A stretch of DNA of 64,000 bases, from the IMG/VR virus record IMGVR_UViG_3300017917_000199, positions 1-64,000 of that record. One strand, 5' to 3'. The position numbers and the translations under genes are program-made. Under the pieces are notes generated by a model, which had not been told where the DNA came from, ran no database searches, and saw only the letters and a program-made list of their open reading frames with translations. Position 1 is the first letter of the stretch, and each line of letters opens with the position of its first letter. This document shows positions 27,554 to 37,159 of this stretch, piece by piece. Source of the stretch: a virus.

Positions 27554-27604
27554 GTAATATTCTCCTTGTGTGTTTGTATTACACAAATATTTACTAGAAG
27601 AATT

Positions 27605-27622
27605 GTGACAATACTGTGACAA
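27605..27622 (-). promoter_or_regulatory. Pho box (PhoB-type)
   Basis: TTGTCAC-agta-TTGTCAC, 11-bp period, about 50 nt upstream of pstS. Confidence 0.75.
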
Positions 27623-27637
27623 AGTGAAATTATTTAC

Positions 27638-27664
27638 CCATTAAAAAAGCCCCTTTCGGGGCTA
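27638..27664 (-). terminator. Rho-independent terminator, copy 2 of the 27-bp direct repeat
   Basis: ccattaaaaaagcccctttcggggcta, identical to 26517-26543. Confidence 0.85.
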
Positions 27665-27667
27665 ATT

Positions 27668-28585
27668 TTACTGAGCTATTTCGTTACCGTTTTGGTCAAC
27701 TAATTTAACTTTACCTGCTTTGACTTGCTCATCCAAGTACATAGGTCCAATTGTATTCATCAAGTGTTGTTGATTTTCTTGACAGAATACATAGCTACCT
27801 GAGTGACGCAATAATACTCGCTTATCAACCCAAATCTTACCGCCTAGATCACGCCAGTTTTCACAGAATGTCCAGTCTTCACTGTAGTAACGGTTTTGGC
27901 GAACTGCTGTATCAAAGTAAGTCTTTAAGTGATTATCAAATTTAGGATCTAATCCGATATCGTTTTTATATTGCTTGACTGCAGGATGAGCCTTCATCTT
28001 TTCAAACACGTGCTTCTTCATTAGTAAGAAACCTGTACCTGCTTTAGATACTTCCTGTAGTTGATCTGGTCCTTCTTCTGCACCTTCGAATCCGTTAACA
28101 ACCCACTTGATGGGCATAGTCTTCATTGGGTATAGACCACCAATAACATCAACGTCACGGTTCAATAATACTAACAAGTGCCATGGTTCCCAACCAATAT
28201 CTGCATCGACAAAGAACAAATGTGTTGCTTCAGGCATGTCTAAGAATTTAGCAGTTAGTGTGTTTCTAGCACGACTGATGAGAGATTCGTTGACCATGGT
28301 TTCGAGAGTCCAATCGATACCAAGCTGTCGGGCTGTGTTTGCCCATTTAATGAAACTCATAAATGTTGATTCAGTCAACATGCCACCGTAGCATGGCATT
28401 GCTATGTGTACACGTGTAGTGCGTAGAAAATCTACGTTAACTTGAACTTGTCCTTGTGCAGGCGCAGCTTCTTTTTTAGCTTCTTCAGCTAGTTCCTGTA
28501 CTTGTTCTACAGGAACATTCTTTTCTGCTTTTGGTTTTGCTGCCTTTGCAGCAGCTTTCGTAGTAGTTGTTTTCTTTGTTGCCAT
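27668..28585 (-). CDS. GT-A-fold glycosyltransferase-like protein
   Basis: ESLISRARN, FFVDADI (DxD), SEDWTFC, L.HSG. Confidence 0.65.
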   Translation of the reverse strand: MATKKTTTTKAAAKAAKPKAEKNVPVEQVQELAEEAKKEAAPAQGQVQVNVDFLRTTRVHIAMPCYGGMLTESTFMSFIKWANTARQLGIDWTLETMVNESLISRARNTLTAKFLDMPEATHLFFVDADIGWEPWHLLVLLNRDVDVIGGLYPMKTMPIKWVVNGFEGAEEGPDQLQEVSKAGTGFLLMKKHVFEKMKAHPAVKQYKNDIGLDPKFDNHLKTYFDTAVRQNRYYSEDWTFCENWRDLGGKIWVDKRVLLRHSGSYVFCQENQQHLMNTIGPMYLDEQVKAGKVKLVDQNGNEIAQ

Positions 28586-28589
28586 TTGG

Positions 28590-28629
28590 TCCTCTTTAAA
28601 GATGTAAATATTTACATCAGTAAAGGGGA
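28590..28629 (-). promoter_or_regulatory. Palindromic late promoter within an RBS-sequestering hairpin
   Basis: Perfect palindrome GATGTAAATATTTACATC (28601-28618) flanked by UCCCCUUUA/UAAAGAGGA covering the SD. Confidence 0.6.
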
Positions 28630-28635
28630 GTCAAA

Positions 28636-30909
28636 TTATTTTTCTTCTAGGTAATCGATACTTTCGGCAACCTTTGCAGTATCAATAGTTTGTTTGATTT
28701 TGTCCACTTCTTGTTGCAATTGCTCGATTTCCTGATCTTGCTTTTTATCTTCTTCTTGGCTGTGCATTAATGCACGTTGGGCAAACTTAATAAATGCTTG
28801 CTGTTTTGTACTTGCATTGGGATAATGTTGTTTGACATATCTCATCAATCTGTCAGTTTCTGGGTCTGCTGTTACAAATTCGTCATCATCGCGTTTTGAG
28901 ATATCTCTATACTTTAATTGTTCGTCACGTTCCATATCACGCTTTGCACGATGTTGCATTACCTTAGGAGGGTTTTCTAAGTCTTTAGCTGTCCTAGCAA
29001 TGATTCTGCTTTTAGCTTCACTCAGTTGCTGGTAGATTTTAACCTTTTGTTCAGGTGTTGCATGTTCCAACAATTGCTTGTACTTTTCAATAAACTCTTT
29101 CAATTTGTTACCTTTAGCTTTTGGTAAATTAAACTTAGCTAAGTTTTCTTTTGCTGTTCGCATCATACTTAAAACTTCTGCATCACTTAATGACGGACTC
29201 ATAGACTGTCTCCATACAGCAAATTGTTCTTTTTCACTCTTGCTAGGATCCATTAATACTTGACGCATTGGAGTTGCACGAGGACCTTCATGGTAATCTG
29301 GTTTATTAGGATCACTACCAGGAGCTTGTGTATCTTGTCTACTCATTACTTGCATACTGTCAAGACCAAACTTTTTGTATGGTTCGATGCCACTCTTATC
29401 TGGTCTAGTCAAATAACCAAATGCATCTTTTTGGTCAGCACCTACAACTAATGTAACATTGTCATAACCTTTAGCACCCATATCAGCTAACACATCATTT
29501 AGTGTTGGCTTGTCAGGACTAGGCAATCTAAAAATCTTTGCGTACTTAGGAAATTTCTTCTGATACATTTTTAGTTTTGTCTCAGGAGGAATAGGATCAT
29601 CTTTACCAAAGCTACGACTTACAACAAAGAAAGGTGTTGCACCTGTTTTTCCTGCTTGATGTATAACTGCTGAAACTAATGCATCGTGTCCAGTATGTCC
29701 CATACCACGACCCCAACCTAATACTGCTGACTGTTGACCTTTCGCTTCGTTCATTACTGATTCCTTAGGACTCCATGTTTGTTGGCTGATTGTTTTAACA
29801 AACTGTCCTGGTATGTCATACTTGAAAGGCTTACCTGGGTGTGCTTGTGCATAACCTTCAGGCTTAGTTTGTTTAATGCCACCGTGTGTTGATTGCGATA
29901 ATGAAGCTATCAATTTTTCTTTGACATTCATAATGCCTTCAACAGCACCCAATGTAGCTTGCATACCCTTAACATCTGATAATAATGTTTGTGCTTTCTT
30001 GTCACTTAGATTAGCTTTAGCCCACTCAGGGAAATCTCTTGTTAATCCTTCAGTGCGTAAATGTTTGTTTAGATATGTGTACAATTCACCTGCTGGATTA
30101 CTTAATCCTGGCTTAGGTGCTAGATAGTTGTCAATTAACTTACTGTTCTTTTTGATAAATGCTTCTAAGTTAGCAAGTGTTTGTTTGTCGATTTCTTGCG
30201 GTTCTTGTACATATGTTGTACCTTGAACGATAACTCCTGGTACACTTAATTTTTCTGCATCTGGGAATCTTTGTTCATCACTAGAACCTAAACTAGGATA
30301 ATAGCCCGTAACAGCAACCATCATCTTAGATTTTGGAATCTGTTTACCCAATTCACTATCTACTGGGATATGAAATGTAGTAATGTTAGGTTGAAAGTCA
30401 TATGTATTTGTCTCTTTGTTTAACACAGGCATCGCCGATTGACCATCAGGTTTTGTACCTGGATAAAACAATAGCCCACCTTCTAAGTAACCTTGCTTAG
30501 GACTAATCTTTTCAAAGTAAGGCCATAAACTAGCAAACTGATTAGCAAATTGTTGTCTAGCTTTAGGATCACCTGAGCCTGTGCCTAACACAAACTTCTT
30601 TACATCGTCAGGGCTACGCATTACTGTAGGTGCACCACTTGCTGTTTGAGTCTTGCCACTCTTTAAGTATGCCCAAGCATTCTTAGGAATCATACTAAAG
30701 TTACCTTCTTCATCACGGCCCCAGTATACAACAGGCATGCCGTCCCACTTTAACTCAATTGTGCCACCTTCTTCACCCATGTGACTTAAACGCTCAATGG
30801 CGTGCATGGCACCATGACTACCATTGCTCAACACTAAATCTTCAATGTGTTGATATTTGCGACCAACTGTTGGCTTCGCTGCTTCTGATAGTACTTGTGT
30901 TACTTTCAT
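28636..30909 (-). CDS. RNA-ligase-like (KxDG) domain fused to a HIGH-family nucleotidyltransferase
   Basis: HIEDL, ELKWDG, EGY motifs; GMGHTGH, LVVGAD, ATPMR. Confidence 0.6.
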   Translation of the reverse strand: MKVTQVLSEAAKPTVGRKYQHIEDLVLSNGSHGAMHAIERLSHMGEEGGTIELKWDGMPVVYWGRDEEGNFSMIPKNAWAYLKSGKTQTASGAPTVMRSPDDVKKFVLGTGSGDPKARQQFANQFASLWPYFEKISPKQGYLEGGLLFYPGTKPDGQSAMPVLNKETNTYDFQPNITTFHIPVDSELGKQIPKSKMMVAVTGYYPSLGSSDEQRFPDAEKLSVPGVIVQGTTYVQEPQEIDKQTLANLEAFIKKNSKLIDNYLAPKPGLSNPAGELYTYLNKHLRTEGLTRDFPEWAKANLSDKKAQTLLSDVKGMQATLGAVEGIMNVKEKLIASLSQSTHGGIKQTKPEGYAQAHPGKPFKYDIPGQFVKTISQQTWSPKESVMNEAKGQQSAVLGWGRGMGHTGHDALVSAVIHQAGKTGATPFFVVSRSFGKDDPIPPETKLKMYQKKFPKYAKIFRLPSPDKPTLNDVLADMGAKGYDNVTLVVGADQKDAFGYLTRPDKSGIEPYKKFGLDSMQVMSRQDTQAPGSDPNKPDYHEGPRATPMRQVLMDPSKSEKEQFAVWRQSMSPSLSDAEVLSMMRTAKENLAKFNLPKAKGNKLKEFIEKYKQLLEHATPEQKVKIYQQLSEAKSRIIARTAKDLENPPKVMQHRAKRDMERDEQLKYRDISKRDDDEFVTADPETDRLMRYVKQHYPNASTKQQAFIKFAQRALMHSQEEDKKQDQEIEQLQQEVDKIKQTIDTAKVAESIDYLEEK

Positions 30910-31625
30910 TTTAAAATATCCAATGTTTTACGGAACCATTCTTGTACAGTAGGTGCTGCAAAGTATTTTTCTTTGATTGCTTTATATTTCTCTGGGTACT
31001 TTTCTAATGCTTTCATCATCTTAGTTGGGTTACCCATGTCATTTGCTGTAGCTGTAGGACCGATTATAATTTTAGCAATCTTATCTTTGTCGTTAGCAAC
31101 CAACTCTTTAGTCTCACGGTCTAGTAATCCTTTATAAGGACTCATCATTAGACTTTGATGACCAGGCAATGAACTCATGTTTGCCAAGTCAGCCCACATT
31201 GCATGTAATGTGCCGCCCTTCATTGTACTATCTGTATAATCGTGTGTATGTAATGGCTGCGCCGCTCTTGCGTTCTCAACTGCCATTAAATCGACTTGAA
31301 CAATTTCATCACCTACACCAGTAGGAACACCAACGTGTACGCTAACGCCTGTACGTGCTGCTGACATACCTTTTTCTTTGAAGTAATCTTCTAATGCTTT
31401 ACGACTTAGTTTTAATTCTTTTGCGGGAAACGCTTTCATCAATTCTTCTGCATCAATCAATGCGTCAATATCAGAACTGATTTCTTTATGACCTGCACTA
31501 CCGATAGGGTACAAATGCACACCTGGTGGTAATACTTTTTCTAATGTAGCAACTGCTCTAGGAAAGTTTTCTTTCTTAATAGGAACAGCTCCTGGTATTA
31601 CATTTCCGCCTTCAAATAAATTCAT
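30906..31625 (-). CDS. Pol-beta-type nucleotidyltransferase-like protein
   Basis: IGSAG....SSDID and QVDLM; N-terminus MNLFEGGN. Confidence 0.6.
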   Translation of the reverse strand: MNLFEGGNVIPGAVPIKKENFPRAVATLEKVLPPGVHLYPIGSAGHKEISSDIDALIDAEELMKAFPAKELKLSRKALEDYFKEKGMSAARTGVSVHVGVPTGVGDEIVQVDLMAVENARAAQPLHTHDYTDSTMKGGTLHAMWADLANMSSLPGHQSLMMSPYKGLLDRETKELVANDKDKIAKIIIGPTATANDMGNPTKMMKALEKYPEKYKAIKEKYFAAPTVQEWFRKTLDILK

Positions 31626-31626
31626 A

Positions 31627-32013
31627 TTAGTAACTCAACTTAACAAAATTTACACCACCGCTGTTTAAATCAACAACTTTTGCTCTTAAAAATACAAAGT
31701 TGCCTTCAATGTTTGTATATACGCTTGCATTGCTTGCAATCTTTGGTGCTGTGTTTGCAGGAGCATTTGCGTTTGCTTCTAGCTCATAAACTTTGAACCA
31801 GTCAGTACTAGAAGGTGTTGTAGCTAAACTTGCCTCAATGACAATATTACCAGTCAACTCAGTGGCTTTGATATTGACAGTTTGTAAATCTTTATTACCT
31901 AAATAATATGCAGCAGCCGGTTGGCTAGTACCAGTGACTGTATAGGGTGCACCGTTACCTGGATTTATATATGTTGTTTGAGGCAACAATATTAGTGTTG
32001 TGGTTTGGCTCAT
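31627..32013 (-). CDS. Hypothetical beta-rich protein
   Basis: ORF; GNFVFLRAKV motif. Confidence 0.65.
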   Translation of the reverse strand: MSQTTTLILLPQTTYINPGNGAPYTVTGTSQPAAAYYLGNKDLQTVNIKATELTGNIVIEASLATTPSSTDWFKVYELEANANAPANTAPKIASNASVYTNIEGNFVFLRAKVVDLNSGGVNFVKLSY

Positions 32014-32177
32014 GCTGATACGACCTCAACCACAACACCCTCACCCACTAATTCTTGGGCGACTTGTTCTAATGCTGTTTTTACATCGTTATTAACAAGA
32101 CCACCATTATCAGTGTCTGAATCTTTAACGATTTTGCTGAATTTAACGACTAAAACGTCTTCTACAATCTTTGCCAT
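32010..32177 (-). CDS. 55-aa hypothetical protein (MAKIVEDVLVVKFSKIVK...)
   Basis: Manual translation; ATGA overlap with downstream gene; TAAATA at 32202-32207. Confidence 0.65.
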   Translation of the reverse strand: MAKIVEDVLVVKFSKIVKDSDTDNGGLVNNDVKTALEQVAQELVGEGVVVEVVSA

Positions 32178-32213
32178 GGTAAATACCCTATAGTAATAGA
32201 GTATTTATCACTT

Positions 32214-32945
32214 TTAGATATTATCTGGACGCTTTTCTAGCTTGTACTTTTTACCGAGAATGTCACCATGCATTAGTGCTAAGTAGCTTAGTGTAGATTC
32301 GTCATCATAATCAATGAAATGTGCCGAACTTGTCCATCTAAAATGCCAGATTCCCCATCGTTTAGGGTCACGGTTCATCCAACGCTTTAATGCATTACTG
32401 GGATGCAGTGTCTTTTGACGGTTAATTGTTTCTTTAAATTCATCTAAAAACCCGTCTTCAACACGCTTAGATTTCAAATATATTCGATATTTGTGTTTAG
32501 GTTCTTCAACAAAGTGTTTGACCCCAGCATATTGACTAGTTTGAACCTGTGTATAGTCTGGATTATACATAGGACCAAGCTCTTGTGCAATTGCTTGTAA
32601 TTTTGATAAATCGTTACAAAAAATAGCAACAGTATCACCCTCAATACGCATAGACATATCTTTAGTTTTCTTACGGGTATTCTGTAAGTTAAGCAAAGTT
32701 TTTAATGCATTTTGATTTTGAATTACATCAGGTAAGTCAGCTTTTTTGATAGAGCCGAATCTGTTACTTTTGCCTGCAATCTTATTGTCAAATTCGGCAG
32801 CCGTCTTACACCACCAAATGTATCTCGCACAAGGGATGTTTACCCTCATGCGATACTCGTAATTGTTATAGTATGTATTGTCCCGATACTCATAATAATT
32901 GATACCGGGAACATTATCAACTGACTTCAATAATCCCATCTTCAT
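32214..32945 (-). CDS. Hypothetical protein
   Basis: 243-aa ORF. Confidence 0.7.
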   Translation of the reverse strand: MKMGLLKSVDNVPGINYYEYRDNTYYNNYEYRMRVNIPCARYIWWCKTAAEFDNKIAGKSNRFGSIKKADLPDVIQNQNALKTLLNLQNTRKKTKDMSMRIEGDTVAIFCNDLSKLQAIAQELGPMYNPDYTQVQTSQYAGVKHFVEEPKHKYRIYLKSKRVEDGFLDEFKETINRQKTLHPSNALKRWMNRDPKRWGIWHFRWTSSAHFIDYDDESTLSYLALMHGDILGKKYKLEKRPDNI

Positions 32946-35187
32946 TCACCCTTGCGTTAGTAGCTTGAACAGAATTGAACTCAATTCCATCACCGTTCAT
33001 TACACATGTAATATTAGCATTTTTGATACGCTCAAACAAGATTTTTTTAGATAGAGGCACCCTAATCAATTCGTCAATCTTACGTGCTAGAGGACGTGCG
33101 CCCATTTTCTTGTCATAACCTTTGTCTGCCAAATATTCAATGACAGGCTCGGTTAGGTTCAATGTGATGTTGTGCTTATCCAACAGTGTTTTCTTGAGGT
33201 CTTCAGTGAATTTAACAACAATCTTCTTAATCGCAAGCATGTCAAGTTTACCGAACTTGCAAACAAGATCCAAACGATTACGGAATTCAGGCTTGAAGAA
33301 TTCTTTCAGTGCTTTGTCATCTTCACCTGTACGCTCTTGTGTACCGAAACCAATGTTATTACGTTCGTTGTCACTAGAACCCAAGTTACTGGTCATAATG
33401 ATGATAGTGTTCTTACAGTTCACTTCTTTACCATTACTACCTGTGATTCGACCTTCATCAAGGATCTGCAGGAAGATGTTGAAAATATCAGGATGAGCCT
33501 TTTCAACTTCGTCAAACAACATGATTGAGTGTGGATTCTTACTCAAGTCGCTGATTAGTCTACCACCACCAACTTGACTGTCACCGAATCCAACATAACC
33601 AGGGGGAGGACCGATCAAGCTAGATACACTGTGCTTCTCTGAATATTCACTCATATCATACTTGAGCAATGGCATGTCAAGGTTCTTACTCAACAACTTA
33701 GCCAATTCTGTTTTACCTGTACCTGTTGGACCTAAGAACAAGAAACTAGCCATTGGCTTTGTTTCATTGTTAATGCCAGCAAAACTTACATAGACACGTT
33801 CAAGTACTTTGTTGACAGTTTCGTCCTGACCATATAGTTTGCCCTTAACGTTAACTTCAAGAGTATTAATACGGTCAAAGTTGTCACCTGAAAGTTTATC
33901 AGCAGGCACACCTGTGAATTTTTCTACTTGTTCGTAAATCAATTCTTTAGTAATTACTGCACCTTCATTGTTTGCAACACGTTGTTTAGCACAAGCCGCA
34001 TCAAGCAAATCAATGCTCTTATCAGGATTCTTACGGTCGTGAATGTAACGACCAGCTAATTCAACTGCTGTACTAATTGCGTCTTGTTCGATTTCAACAT
34101 GATGGAACTCAGCCAAACGTGTAGACAATCCAGAAAGAATGCGTACAGTAGATTCTTGGCTAGGTTCATCAACACCAACACGATAGAATCGACGCATCAA
34201 TGCACGATCCTTTTCGAAAGATTCGTAGAATTCTTCCCATGTAGTGCTTGCGATAACTTTCAGTGTTCCCTTAGTAATTGCAGGCTTAATCATATTGGCA
34301 AAGTCAACTGATCCGTTGTTAGAACCACCTGCACCCTGCATAGTATGTGCTTCATCAATGAACAGAATAGCTTTCTTCTTACTGTTCAATGCGTCAATAA
34401 CCAGTTTGACTTTTTCTTCAAAGTCACCGCGATACTTACTACCAGCAAGCAACGCACCAACTTCAAGGCTGTAAAGTTCATGGTCTTTTAAGAATTCAGG
34501 AATATCATTCTCGTGGATTTTTAGTGCAAGACCTTCAGCAATAGCTGTTTTACCTACACCAGGATCACCTACCATCAATACGTTACTCTTAAATTTCTTA
34601 GCAAGAACATTAACGATATCGTCAATTTCTTTTGTGCGACCAATCAGTGGTTCAATCTTACCAGCTGCTGCCAATTGAGTTAGATTAACAGTGTATTCTT
34701 CCAGAATTTCATTGGCTTGGTCATCTGTAAGTTTGTTAGTTGTTTCACTGTTCTTATAATGTTTCTGCCAGTGTGCAACAAACTCATTCTTGTTGACACC
34801 GTATTTTAGCAAGTAGTAATGGGCATGACTGTTACCTTCACTTGCGATAGAAAGATACAAGTCAACAGTTGTAACTTGACGGCGGCCAGTAAACAAAACT
34901 TGTGTCACACTACGATTCATTACTCGTTCAAGTGAGTTTGTTCGTTTGGGTTGGACTTCTTCCTGTACATCCTTCACAACGATTGCGTGTAGGCTATCCA
35001 AATAAGCAACAACATCTTGTGTCATTGCATCAACTTCAACGCCAAAACTATCTAAACACTTTTTAAATGGCTGATGCGTAATCAGTGCCAATAGCAAGTG
35101 TTCAATTGTGCAATATTGGTGGTTACGTTCTTTAGCATACTCAATGGCATGCTCGATGATGCTTTCAATTTCGGGACTGTTTTGCAC
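32917..35187 (-). CDS. clpA: ClpA-like Hsp100 AAA+ chaperone
   Basis: EHLLLAL, GDPGVGKT, LFIDEAH, GPTGTGKT, DMSEY, FDEVEKAH, IGF loop, GARPL; GTG start 35187 with SD AAGGA. Confidence 0.92.
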   Translation of the reverse strand: MQNSPEIESIIEHAIEYAKERNHQYCTIEHLLLALITHQPFKKCLDSFGVEVDAMTQDVVAYLDSLHAIVVKDVQEEVQPKRTNSLERVMNRSVTQVLFTGRRQVTTVDLYLSIASEGNSHAHYYLLKYGVNKNEFVAHWQKHYKNSETTNKLTDDQANEILEEYTVNLTQLAAAGKIEPLIGRTKEIDDIVNVLAKKFKSNVLMVGDPGVGKTAIAEGLALKIHENDIPEFLKDHELYSLEVGALLAGSKYRGDFEEKVKLVIDALNSKKKAILFIDEAHTMQGAGGSNNGSVDFANMIKPAITKGTLKVIASTTWEEFYESFEKDRALMRRFYRVGVDEPSQESTVRILSGLSTRLAEFHHVEIEQDAISTAVELAGRYIHDRKNPDKSIDLLDAACAKQRVANNEGAVITKELIYEQVEKFTGVPADKLSGDNFDRINTLEVNVKGKLYGQDETVNKVLERVYVSFAGINNETKPMASFLFLGPTGTGKTELAKLLSKNLDMPLLKYDMSEYSEKHSVSSLIGPPPGYVGFGDSQVGGGRLISDLSKNPHSIMLFDEVEKAHPDIFNIFLQILDEGRITGSNGKEVNCKNTIIIMTSNLGSSDNERNNIGFGTQERTGEDDKALKEFFKPEFRNRLDLVCKFGKLDMLAIKKIVVKFTEDLKKTLLDKHNITLNLTEPVIEYLADKGYDKKMGARPLARKIDELIRVPLSKKILFERIKNANITCVMNGDGIEFNSVQATNARVNEDGIIEVS

Positions 35188-35203
35188 TATAGTTTCCTTT
35201 AAG

Positions 35204-36031
35204 TTATTTGTTTTTGGCTTGAAGAATGCTATTTTTAATAGCAGAGTCAATTTTATCAGGGACGAATGGTTTAATCAAGATGATTTGGTCTCCAAACAAG
35301 TTTGTATTTGGAATGGGCATTCCTTGACCTGCAATCTTCAACTGCATATGCGGCTGCGTATTTTCTGGTACCGTGACTGTGAAAGTTTTTCCCGAAATCG
35401 TTGTGAATTCAAACTCTCCGCCCGCAATTAAATCTAATACAGAAACTCGTTGGTTACAGTAAAGGTCGTTCCCATTTCTTTCGAACTTTAAATGTGGTCT
35501 GATTTTAAATTCTACAAGCAAACTTGCACCATCAATCATATTATCAAAACGTACTTGTCCACCGTCTGGGATTCCTTTGGGCACCTTAATTGTTATTACA
35601 TGATTTCCTTTTGGTGTTTGTAACTGCAATGTTTGTTCTGCACCATTGTAGACTTGTTCCAAATCAACTACCACTACCGTCCTAAACATTTGCGGTTGTT
35701 GTTGTCGTTGTTGGTGATGCCCAAACATTTGACTAAAGAGGTCGTTCATGTCAAATCCATTGACATTAAAACTGAACCCTCCGGGCCCAAAACCAGCCCC
35801 ACCAAATGGCCCGGGTCCTGGACCAAAGCCCCCTGGTCTGTTAAAAGGGTTCTCGTACTCTTGTCTTTTTTGTGGATCTGAAAGAATGCGGTACGCTTCT
35901 TCGATTTTTTGGAATGTAGCAGTATCACCACCTCGATCTGGGTGGTGTTGTCCTGCTAATTTGCGATATGCTTTTTTGATTTCGTCTGGGGTAGCGTTTC
36001 TGTCTACCCCTAAGGTTTTAAAATGGTCCAT
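35204..36031 (-). CDS. DnaJ/CbpA-type co-chaperone
   Basis: J domain with HPD, G/F-rich linker, C-terminal domain, no Zn finger. Confidence 0.9.
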   Translation of the reverse strand: MDHFKTLGVDRNATPDEIKKAYRKLAGQHHPDRGGDTATFQKIEEAYRILSDPQKRQEYENPFNRPGGFGPGPGPFGGAGFGPGGFSFNVNGFDMNDLFSQMFGHHQQRQQQPQMFRTVVVVDLEQVYNGAEQTLQLQTPKGNHVITIKVPKGIPDGGQVRFDNMIDGASLLVEFKIRPHLKFERNGNDLYCNQRVSVLDLIAGGEFEFTTISGKTFTVTVPENTQPHMQLKIAGQGMPIPNTNLFGDQIILIKPFVPDKIDSAIKNSILQAKNK

Positions 36032-36037
36032 ATATTG

Positions 36038-36066
36038 ATTTTAACAGAGTAACTGTTAGTTGTCAA
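36038..36066 (-). promoter_or_regulatory. Sigma70-type promoter TTGACA-17-TAAAAT, 6 nt before the dnaJ-like ATG (leaderless)
   Basis: Hexamers 36061-36066 and 36038-36043; ATG 36031. Confidence 0.7.
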
Positions 36067-36069
36067 TAT

Positions 36070-36603
36070 TTATTTGGCAGCACCTTCAATTTTTTCTTTT
36101 GTGCGGCCATATGCAGCAATACCTAGAACTGCACCCATTGCTACGTGATACAAACCTGCACCTTGCAGTGTCAAGGGTTGCCATTGACTAGTCACATTAC
36201 CTTTACTTAATGCTTGTAATATTGACCATAAAATAGGGAACAACACAAAGTCTGCTGTACATGTTGCCATATACACCCAGCCCATTACAGGGCGCCACTT
36301 TTTATTGATCCAATCTGTATTGTCATTTGCAACTAACACATCTGCACCTTGGGCAGCATTAGAACCTGCTTGTGTTAAGTTAGGCTGAGGTTGTGGTTGT
36401 TGCTGTAGACCGCTGTAGTTATTTACAGCAGCGGTTCCAAAATTGTTTGGTGAACCATATGCTGACATTGATGGACTTCCAAACTTACTACCTTGCGGAA
36501 ATTGTTGTATAGTTGGATCAGCAGCCAATTGTTCGTGGTGCTCATCGTCTAGTGCCATGGGCTGTTCAAATCCAGCCTTCTTAGGTAAAATAGTCTGTGC
36601 CAT
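36070..36603 (-). CDS. Holin-like membrane protein (GTA 3TM-holin-like)
   Basis: W...WRP.MGW, hydrophobic helices, GRTKEK C-terminus. Confidence 0.65.
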   Translation of the reverse strand: MAQTILPKKAGFEQPMALDDEHHEQLAADPTIQQFPQGSKFGSPSMSAYGSPNNFGTAAVNNYSGLQQQPQPQPNLTQAGSNAAQGADVLVANDNTDWINKKWRPVMGWVYMATCTADFVLFPILWSILQALSKGNVTSQWQPLTLQGAGLYHVAMGAVLGIAAYGRTKEKIEGAAK

Positions 36604-36605
36604 TT

Positions 36606-37154
36606 TTATAGTCCTGCTATTGTTTTAAAATCACGAATTTCTTTGTCTTGGCTATCAAAAATATCTTTAGTTTCTAATCCAGCAATTTCACGCATTTCGT
36701 TTATTTCTTGTTCTTTTTCAACCTTCATACGATATTCGTGCGGGCTTAAAACGATTGCTGATTTTAGAAGACTTACATCTGGCTTGTATTCTTTATCATC
36801 CACAACAACTGTCCATTCATTTAATTTAAGTGCGGTTAATGTTTTTAAATCACTTAGTAATTCTACGATTCTTTCTGGAACTTTCGTTCTACGATCCATT
36901 TCTACAAAAACCAAATACTTACCCGGAGAAACTTCCCCTTCGCTTACTTGTGCATCTAACACAAAATCATATCCGCGTTCAAACCAATCAGCTAAATCAC
37001 TACCTGCTAATTCACCGGAGACAGTAAATGCTAATGTAACTATCTCACTATCTTCACCCATTTTAGCTGAGTATTCATCAACCGTAACTTCGGGAACGAT
37101 TTGTCCTTCAAAATCGTGATAGTCTAACCCTTCAAATAACTTACTATTGCTCAT
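36606..37154 (-). CDS. Hypothetical phage protein
   Basis: 182-aa acidic ORF. Confidence 0.7.
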   Translation of the reverse strand: MSNSKLFEGLDYHDFEGQIVPEVTVDEYSAKMGEDSEIVTLAFTVSGELAGSDLADWFERGYDFVLDAQVSEGEVSPGKYLVFVEMDRRTKVPERIVELLSDLKTLTALKLNEWTVVVDDKEYKPDVSLLKSAIVLSPHEYRMKVEKEQEINEMREIAGLETKDIFDSQDKEIRDFKTIAGL

Positions 37155-37159
37155 AATCT

